Below, piece after piece: positions 54,540 through 64,000 of a DNA stretch of 64,000 nucleotides. The notes beneath the pieces were generated by a model, which was not told the origin of the DNA, ran no database searches, and saw only the letters and a list, made by a program, of their open reading frames with translations. A program made the position numbers and the translations under genes. This stretch comes from Eledone cirrhosa (taxonomy: Eukaryota). The stretch lies in the NCBI GenBank assembly GCA_964016885.1, contig OZ024741.1, forward strand, positions 306,218,001-306,282,000, written 5' to 3'. Within the stretch, counting starts at the first letter, position 1, and every line of letters starts with the position of its first letter.

Positions 54540-54752
54540 CCACACCTGCTATCAGGAACGCGTCTGGTGTTCTTCTCTCTTCAAAGGGTGCATCGTTGCG
54601 ACGTAGAGAGAATACTTTGCTGATCTCCTAAACTCGATCACAACAGCACCTTCTGATGTACACGAGGTGCATCTGGGAGCTGTGAGTAATCTCTCAGAGG
54701 CTGAAGTCACAAGAGCAATTAAAAAGCTCAAATGTGGCAAGGCCGTTGGGGA
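54540..54752 (+). mobile_element. LINE ORF2 fragment
   Basis: LSEAEVTRAIKKLKCGKAVG, the pre-RT linker motif. Confidence 0.6.
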
Positions 54753-55322
54753 AGTGTTTCCCATTTCCTCAGTTTCGTATTTCTTTTCTTCTCTATTTCT
54801 CTTTCATTCGTACTCTTTCTTCTATTTCTTTTTATTGCTGACTCTCCTGTTTTCCCCAACTCTCTCTCTCTCTCTCTCTCCTCTGCCCCACCCCACCCAC
54901 CTAGTTTCATCTGCTTCATTTGTTAGGTGACGACAAAGTTGACAAGCGGAAAATATACCTTAATAAAGCATACACACTCCCAATGGCACTCACAGACACA
55001 CAAACACACACACACACACATACACATTCACATACACATGTACACACACATACACACACATACACACAGATGCACCGGCACAGAAACGCATAGACACATA
55101 TGCGCTCATATACATGCACACATACACACATACATACCCTCAGACGCAAACACTTACACACACATACGCACACACAAATACACAAACATATGTACAAACA
55201 CGACATAGAATGCTAAGCATTCACACCATAATATTTTTTTTCCACAAGATAAATAACTTTGAGAGAACAAAACCTATATTTAGCCACCAAAATAGGGCTC
55301 TCTTTGTTCCGTTCTACTTCTG

Positions 55323-55383
<61 letters not shown>

Positions 55384-55734
55384 CCAGTATTCAAAAAAAG
55401 AGCAAAGCGTGATGTGTGAATCATTGGAGGCAGGAACTCGGCTGTTGCTCATAAATACCACAGCCTTTCATTAGAGCCGTTCCATACGATCATTTCAATG
55501 TCTCACAGTATACGGCAGGTGTATTTGTCTCATCATATCTTCAGTAGAACAAACGCTATGCATCCTTCTAGGCACCCTTTCTCTAGGTCCCCCCCCCCTC
55601 TCTAACTCTCACTCTCAATCGCCTTGCAATAATCGAAACGGAATTAATTCTGTCAAAATAAAGTATAAAGTTCATTACCCACCATACCCTCTGTATCTGT
55701 AATCACAAGAATATACACACATACGTACACACAT

Positions 55735-55773
<39 letters not shown>

Positions 55774-56552
55774 CAGTGAAATTCCGTAATAACGAAATTC
55801 ACGGGATATTATAAAGATTTGTTGAAATGAAAAATCATTTATAACGAGATCGACCTAACACATCGAGCGTATGGCGGGGTGGGGGGATAATCGTTATAAT
55901 AGTATTCGTTATAACGGAATTTTACCTGTATATATATATAAATAAAAAATTCAGCGAGAATCGCATTTCGGCGGGTAGAAAAAGCGAAACGAAACGCAAA
56001 ATCAGAGTTATGCTGATTTATATATATATAAAATATATATATATCAGAGTTATGCTGATTTATATATATATATATAAAACTTGGGAAAATTAATAGAGGA
56101 AAAGACAACGAACGAAAATAAGACAAAACGACAAAATCTTTTTTAAGGAGAAAGCTTTAAAAAATATTTTTTTTTAATACAAACGAAAGACATAGAACTC
56201 CAGGGTCATCGGCCATTGAGATGGACTTTGGCAGCTTCGATCCCTACCAACGGGATCACAGAGTCTGGAACAAGCCAAAGCACTGTCGAGTGGAGTAAGA
56301 AACGAGAAACAAAACAGTAACTTATAGCAATTAAACTATTACAAGTACACATAGGATTTTACGTGGCGACAAGGAAAATGCATGGTGCTTTTTATAGCAC
56401 GAAACTCTCATGAGTGAAACAAAGGAGAAAAAGCAAGGAAAAAAAGAAAATAAGGAAATAAGGCAAGAATATATATTTCTCTGAACGAGATCTTTTTGGC
56501 GATCTCATTTCATTGAGATGGTGGTGGTAGTAGTAGTAGTAGGAGGAGGCGG

Positions 56553-56905
56553 AGGAAATTTTAGACAAACTCTCCAGTCATCCCAAAAGGTAATAGGCTT
56601 GATCAGATCCGACCCTGTTTGAAAACAAATTGACACTTTCGATTTCTATCAAAATTTTGAGACTCGTTACAAACATGAGAGCATATCTTCGTAGAGACGA
56701 ACAATCAGAGCAGTTCACCAAGAATCTTGGGGAAGGAAGACTTCCTGTAGATAGGAAGGGAGCTATTGATATAAGTCCCATAGGCACGATGGTGGAATAA
56801 TTATTCCATCTCATTGAAAAAGTGTTCCCTAATCTTGAATATTAATTCGCAAGTCACAAGTGACTCAGTGAAAGGACTATATTGGCCCCGAAAAATTTAA
56901 CTGTG
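56553..56905 (+). pseudogene. Helitron PIF1-like helicase fragment
   Basis: GNFRQTL.VIPK, LVTNMRA, LGEGRLP, LIEKVFPNL, LSERTILAPKN with in-frame stops; not in the ORF track. Confidence 0.8.
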
Positions 56906-57604
56906 AAATTGTTTAAAAGAATTCTAAAGCGCGCACGTAATTTTCGTGACCTTCTTTATTCCGGATATTACGTTTTTTTTTTTTTTTTTTTTTTCTTATA
57001 TTTCATCATCTTCTGACTCTTCCTCAAATAAAATTGGTTGCTGAGCCAGTAGTGTATAAAATGCTATCAATTAAACCGTATCTCCGTTTTTTTACTACTT
57101 AATTACTTCCTAGACAACATAAAATTCACAGTAACAGTTTCTCATTTCAAATCTCTCAAAGATTGCTGTAATTTGGGGAAATTTACTGTACTTTAGAACA
57201 ATCCTTCTACTACTGTTTTCTCCGTTTAGCAAATATTTTTTATTCGTAATATTTCAATGAAATTGTAGCGTTTTCTTTTCTCAGTGTACTCTAACATTCA
57301 TTGATGTTGCTGTTATCGTCTGCTTATTGAAGTTATTTTCATTTTTCTTTATCTCTTTTAAATATTTCTTTTGACATGAAAGAGGAAAATTAAGCAAACA
57401 GAGTTGCTTTAAATGTTCCTTTTAATCATTTATTATTATTTATTTTATTTTTATTTACATTTTCATTGTACTTGAAAATCTTAATGCTTGTTGATGTTTA
57501 AATGTTTATAGGGGAACATAGAGACAGCTAAGCTCACTTTCGAAATATCTGTCCTTAGTGAATCCTCTTTATGTAAGTGCACGCACAGATATATATATAT
57601 ATAT

Positions 57605-58059
57605 CAGTGGCGAAGGGTAACCTGGAAAGCAGGGCATGCAGTTCAATCGCCATGGCGGAAAGTGGGGCTGTGCAGCCTTACCCCCCCCCCCCAAAAAAAA
57701 ATTCCTCTAAATGACCCTCCCGGTCAAAGTCGCATGTAGTGTTATCTACGACTTAGTAAGCAGTCAAAATTCTGCTTACCCCAAAGCTGTCATGTGTTTG
57801 TGTGTGTGTGTTATTTTTTATGTGTCTACGATTTAGTAAGCAGTCAAAATTATGCTTGCCCCAAAGCTGTCGTGTGTTTGTGTGTATGTGTGTGTTTTTT
57901 ATGTATCTACGATTTAGTAAGCAGTCAACATTCTGCTTGCCCCAAAGCTGTCGTGTATTTGTGTGTATGTGTTTGTGTGTATGTGTGTGTGTGTTATCTT
58001 TTTTTGTGTCTATACGTTTTAGTAAGCAGCCAAAATTCTGCACGGACCCTTCGCCCCTG
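57605..58059. mobile_element. hAT-like MITE carrying an internal ~80-bp tandem array
   Basis: TIR cagtggcgaagggt / acccttcgcccctg; atatatat on both sides; repeat units start at 57753, 57833, 57914 and 58019. Confidence 0.8.
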
Positions 58060-58108
58060 ATATATATATACTGGCATTGATAGATATGCTGGGTCCGTCA
58101 ACCCTTAT

Positions 58109-58177
<69 letters not shown>

Positions 58178-58761
58178 GGGTGGGTGGGGTGCGGTGTGGA
58201 TATGGCAGATAGCCAGCTCTTTAGTAGCTTTCAACGCGTAATCCACCGGAACACGTGATTCACGTCCCCAAAATAAACAACAAAGAAAAAAGGAAAGCAA
58301 GTTTAGAAACAATATCCGTTTTATGAAGGCAAACAATATCTTTAGCTTTGATCTTCAGGTAAATATCTGAGCAATAAACACATAGCAATGTTGTTCCTTA
58401 GCCCCGACAGGTGTATGGGTCTCTTATTTATTTAGCTTTACTAAGGCAGAAAGCGACAGACTCTAAAAATGCTATAGAAACCACGGCTAGGAGAGGGCGC
58501 TTTTCTTTTGGTATTCAGGGTAATCCGGGATCTACTGAAGTCCTCTGACTGGGTCCCTAAATAGCTGTCCCCTTTTGGGGGAACATATATATTCTATATA
58601 TATATTTTTCATTTTATTTATGTCGTTTTTTTCTCCTTCTCGATGTAACCACCACCACCACCACCACCACCACCTCATACGCCATTTTGTAATTCGTCAT
58701 TTTAATGTTACCCACCATTAGTTTTTCATTTTATCGATTTCGTTTTGTCGAACCATTAGGT

Positions 58762-58930
58762 TACCATATTTCCCGGCGCCGAAGACGCTTCGTCCTCGAG
58801 GACGCACCCTAATTTTGACAACCAAACATTTAAAAAAAAATAATAAACCTTCGGCATCCAGGACGCATGGTAGATTTTTGAGACTTATTTTAGGAAAAAA
58901 AGTAGCGACTCGATGCCGGAAATTACGGTA
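58762..58930. mobile_element. MITE (TACCRTATTTCCCGGC termini)
   Basis: taccatatttcccggcg / tgccggaaattacggta. Confidence 0.65.
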
Positions 58931-58958
58931 CGTATTATAAATAAGCAGTATAAACATA

Positions 58959-59001
<43 letters not shown>

Positions 59002-59019
59002 TTTCTTAAAGTTGAAATA

Positions 59020-60390
59020 GGAAAGAATAAAAAAAATAATCAACTTCCTTGATATAACCCTAAATCTCAATTCTGGTTTCTTCAACCCATATCACAAATT
59101 AAACGAATATCTCAATTATGTTGTTATATGTAACTCAAAACAACCTAGGGCGGTGACTAAGGCTATTGTTAATAGTGTGGCTCAGAGAATTTCTGTTTTC
59201 TGCTAATAATAATATTTTCAACGGTAAGGCTAGTTACTACAATGAAGCACTTGCTAGGGCTAGATACAGGGATAAAATAGAACACATAGGTAGTGACAGA
59301 ATCGACCACACATCTATACACAAGCATAAGCGAACTCATAGCGCAACCACTGGCATAGACACCCTACCTGAAAATACAACCCGAGGTAATTCACTCAAGC
59401 GTAGTATAGATAGCACTAACATAACAAATTCTATATGTAATAAGCCCACAGCCACGATTTTAACCACGGGATCAGATAGAGACCAATCAACCCAAGACCT
59501 GTCAACTCTCCCCGTCCGACGGGGAGATCTCCCATCCACTTTGGAGAGCGTGAGAGATATCTTCTCTTTTGAAAATGGGTATAGCTTTCATTATGTAAAA
59601 TCTCCTCATTTTGGGGCACTTTTTTTCATGGTACTTCCCATTTGGGTTTTTAGCGATTGGCAGGTCTGCAAACCCTAGACACAATAACCCAACTACCATT
59701 TGTCACAACATGAATCAAACGCCTCTGTATTCTCCAGAGCATTGTATACCTTAAGGGCCCACTCCGCCACTAAACACAGCACAATGAAACAAAGCCATGA
59801 TGGAACAAAACCCGCTCACGTTTTGTTCTGATATAACTCACCTCACTCCTCGGACCTTAAAGCTAGCATTGCCCGATATGTTTTTCATGACACTTGAAAA
59901 ATGTTTTCCAAAATCGCATATGTACAACAGGATTTTCAATAGGTAGTCAGTTAAGTTATCATACTCAACCACTAAATATTTTAGCTCAAAACATAGCTAA
60001 AATTGACTATAACTAATTGGAACATAAACACAGCTTAAACGCGAGTGCAACGGCGTTCGCGCCTGCAAGTTACGTAAATACATTGGGAAAACATAGTAAG
60101 GGACCTAACAGACATAACTCTATTCATTCACATCAGGTAGTCGACCATCCCTATAAACATAATTACAGCACAACACATACTAACAACAATGAATGCAAGT
60201 GCAGAATTCTAGCTAACTGCTCTATGCAAAATAAATGCCTCCGTAAAAATGTGGTATATGAGTGAAAAGTTACCACTAGTAACACAGCGACCAGCTTTAA
60301 GGGTAAGTGGTACAGCCAACGCCACTCCTTTAATCGGATTGATAATCGACGGTGCACAGCTCTATCCAAGCTTATATGGAGGCTGAGTGA
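59020..60390 (+). mobile_element. Decayed Penelope-like element related to 29237-31322
   Basis: INFLDITLNL..PYHK, YYNEALARA, KLSYSTT, CKCR..CSMQNKCLRKNVVY; interrupted by MITE A. Confidence 0.8.
59493..59668. mobile_element. MITE family A copy 3, nested in a PLE
   Basis: Homology to 564-755. Confidence 0.8.
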
Positions 60391-60517
60391 ACTGTGTCAG
60401 CGTGAAATAAATTTCTTGCTCAAGAGCACGATGCGTTGTCAGGAATCAAATTCATGAATCAGGCACCCTAATCACTAAGCCACACGCCTTCACGCCTTCA
60501 TTATATATTACGCCTAG

Positions 60518-60735
60518 GGTGGTGGATTGGCAGTATCAGTAGAGCGTCAGATAACATGCTTTGTGGTATATAGATACGTCCCTTTTCGTTTGGAGTTCAA
60601 ATCCCGCCGAGGTTAGCTTTGCCTTTCATTCTTACGGGATCGATAAAATAAAGTACCAGTAACACACTGGGGTCGATTTAATCGACTTACCTTCCACCAA
60701 AATTGTTGGCCTTGTGCCTAAATCAGAAACTATTA
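60518..60735 (+). mobile_element. SINE family C copy
   Basis: A and B boxes and core as above. Confidence 0.85.
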
Positions 60736-61803
60736 CATATTACCGTTTGACCATCGTTCCATTCTCCTAGCTGCACCTAACCAAATTGGAACACGTGTTC
60801 TTTCTTTTCTCAGGTTGACATGGTTCTAAAATCCTAGAGGATTTAACACCTGCTTATATTTCACCTAATTTCACCCTTTTTCGTAACACATCCGGTCTTC
60901 TTCTTCTTCTTCTTCTTCTTCTTCTTCTTCTTCTTCTTCTTCTTTCCAACCTCCCCATCTCTTTTCTCCCTCCCCGTGTCTACTTCATTCTTTCTCTCAC
61001 CAACCGTCACCCCCACCAGTCTCTCTCTCTCTCTCTCTCTCTCGCTTCATTTCTTTAACCTTCTCCTCTTTATCTTTATCCCCTCCATCTTCCTCTTTCT
61101 CTGTCCCTCTCTACTACAACAACCGTTACAAATATTTGCGACCGTGCTAATTCCTCACATCGTGACGTTTACAATTCGTGCTCAGTTACTATATTGACTC
61201 AACTAAGAACATTGCTAAAACCAAACGATGAAGATCTCATCCCGTCTTCAGCTGGAACAATCTGCTCACGATACAGCCAGTTGTCGCTAGACTCCGACCT
61301 AGAAACCTAAGAGATCTCACCAACGCCTCGGCTTGGTATTCACTATTCATTTTCTGCCCTCTTAACAAGGATACTTATATGTATATATATACATTTCGCA
61401 AATCCGACAGAAACAGACTCTTCGTAATATATAATATATATATATATATATGTTTGTGCGTGTATTTTAATTAAATAAAAAGATAACTTTATTATCCACA
61501 TTATCTGACCAACAAACAGCATTACCTCGGATTTTGAATATCTGTCTTTTAACTGGATATATATACATTACGCCACGATTTTCGCTTCCTCGCACTCTAA
61601 TAGGTAATTTTAAAATATTGATTTCATAACCAAATTTTATCTTAAAACTGGAGTTCGAAAACATCATTAACGGCCCTCCATCAGGATATGTACAAGGTGA
61701 GAATTCCTTACGTTTATATTTGTTCTATTACGAATGTTTAGAAGAAACATCACAATCAGATCTCAATACGTCAACACACAAATACACACACACACACATA
61801 TAG

Positions 61804-61842
<39 letters not shown>

Positions 61843-62397
61843 ATAGAGAGAATGACAGAGAGAGAGAGAGAGAGAGAGAGAGTCTGTGCGGGGATACCTC
61901 TAACCATGGGAGTACCCAATACAACTAGCTTCTAAATATTTAAGAGTATTTCAAATATTTCATATACATCTCATTAACAACCTTCTATTATGATAATATT
62001 ATTTCTAACATTGATACAAAGCCAGCAATCTTAAGGGAGGAGAAATCGATTGTATCGATCTCAGTACTTGACTGGTATTTTATTTTATTGATCTCGGAAG
62101 GATGAATGGCTAAGTTAACCTCTGTAAAGAATCAGAACAAATGCCGCAAAGCCTTTTGTCAGACGTTCTACAATGACAGCGACCCTTTTTTCCCTTTCTG
62201 AGTTTCCTTTATGTTAGTGGTTTAGAAACTTCATTGATAGAATTCCTCCAGGCTGTGTATCTATGTTCTCAAGAAAAACGGAATGCATCTCTAAGAGTCA
62301 TCATTATCATTATCATATATATCTTAAAGTTTTGATAAACTAAAAGAATAAAAGAATAAAGAAAAAGTATAGTGAAACAAAAATGTTTACATATATA

Positions 62398-62695
62398 TAT
62401 TTTGACTAAAGAAATTAAAGAAATTATTTAGCCTGATAGTGGGGTTAAGAACCCTCGGAGAAATGGTAAAAGATGAGTATATAAAATTTGGTTATGAAAT
62501 CAATATTTTAAAATGGAAAAAGATGAGTATTGACGTACATGTACGTCAATTCTCATCTTTTTCAATTTCTCCGAAGGTTCTTAACCCCACTATCAGGCTA
62601 AATAATTTCTTTAATTTCGTTAGTCAAAATACGGCGATAGCTTACATTTCTAATAATTTCAAACCCACTCGCTGTTTAGAAAATATCCTTACTTG
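62398..62695 (+). mobile_element. Fold-back element related to 2521-2748
   Basis: tagcctgatagtggggtt / aaccccactatcaggcta arms; central palindrome attgacgtacatgtacgtcaat. Confidence 0.7.
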
Positions 62696-63421
62696 ATATA
62701 TATATATATATATTAGAAATTGAGGTTTTTTTACAAAATGAAAAATAACCGAGGTGTTCTACACGAGTAAAAGTATAAAGAAAAAAAGATGAAATCGAAA
62801 ATGCAACTGGAGTTTTATTTAAAAAAAAATATATATATTTATTTGGTTCCTTTACCGGTTTCGCAGTTCTTCTGCTTTTCAAAAGTAGAGTTGTGATGGA
62901 GGGTCTGTGGTTTTTCTCACACACACACACACACATTTATATATATATATATATAGTTAATAAATGAAACAAAACAAAACATAGGAAGCAAAACTACGGT
63001 TATAAGTTCACGCTTGAAGGAAGTGGATATATATAAAATTAGGATAGTTAATAAAGAGAAAAAAAACAATGAAAACAAGGCACAACGAAAAAAAGGAACA
63101 TTTTTTTTTTTAAGGGGAAACCTTAAATTGTATTTATTTATTCTTTTTTTTTTTAAATAAAAAGACAAACGAAAGACAGAGCTCCAAAGTTTCAGCCGTT
63201 GAGATGGACTTTCGCAGATTCGACCCCTACTAATGGTACTGCTGGTCCACCTATGGTTACAGCGTCTGACAAACAAACCAAAGCGCTGTGCCTGGAGTAA
63301 AAGACAAAACAATATCCTATATATATATATGTAGAAGCTATATTTAATTTGTTGGGATACAACAAGCAAATATTTTTATAACTGATATAAAGCACTCAAC
63401 ACATTTTTAGAGTAAAAATAC

Positions 63422-63722
<301 letters not shown>

Positions 63723-63751
63723 CGTGTGTGTGTGTGTGTATAAAATAACAG

Positions 63752-64000
63752 GAGGCAGGACTGGTGTAATTCCTTAAAGGTTTATTATACTATGAACATT
63801 TCAATGACCGAGTTCAGTATGAATCCGGTGATATCATCGTTCGAAATCGCCTTCTTGTCTCTCTGCCTTTTCAGCCCCATGGATTATATTCCTTTGTTAA
63901 ATTTCGAATACCTGATGATATCACCGGATTCATACTGAACCCGGTCATTGAAATGTTCATAGTATAATAAACCTTTAAGGAATTATACCAGTCCAGCCTC
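63752..64000 (+). mobile_element. Fold-back element with a complete HHR (runs off the window)
   Basis: 63752-63848 is the reverse complement of 63901-64000. Confidence 0.75.
63908..63965 (+). ncRNA. Type I hammerhead ribozyme, complete
   Basis: atac-CTGATGA-tatc-accgg-(loop)-ccggt-catt-GAAA-tgttca-TA-gtat. Confidence 0.8.

Noticed and set aside
57745-58040. Palindromic repeats with spacers (CRISPR-like)
   Set aside because: The spacers are homologous TG-rich parts of the unit and the array lies inside a MITE

Overview
AT-rich, microsatellite-saturated eukaryotic DNA. The dominant tRNA-derived SINE resembles octopus SINEs as I recall them, so an octopus origin is an inference only. The window is almost all repeats: three Tx1/L1-type LINEs (one near full length, one internally deleted, one 5'-truncated), RTE-type remnants, at least five Penelope-like element (PLE) bodies, mariner and Helitron fragments, several MITE families and about 20 copies of one SINE. 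It also holds an inverted pair of tRNA-Phe(GAA) genes or pseudogenes and a candidate three-exon 3' end of a minus-strand host gene with an 11-nt micro-exon. The most striking hidden structure is about a dozen type I hammerhead ribozyme (HHR) motifs read by eye: 6 complete (two being the arms of one element), the rest degenerate or truncated. They lie in PLE 3' UTRs and in short non-coding elements docked in (TA)n tracts. Many of these elements are fold-back palindromes whose inversion point falls at or inside the ribozyme, and one has two HHRs 522 nt apart (retrozyme-like). Most short ORFs in the supplied track are microsatellite artefacts. All alignments, folds and boundaries were done by eye.
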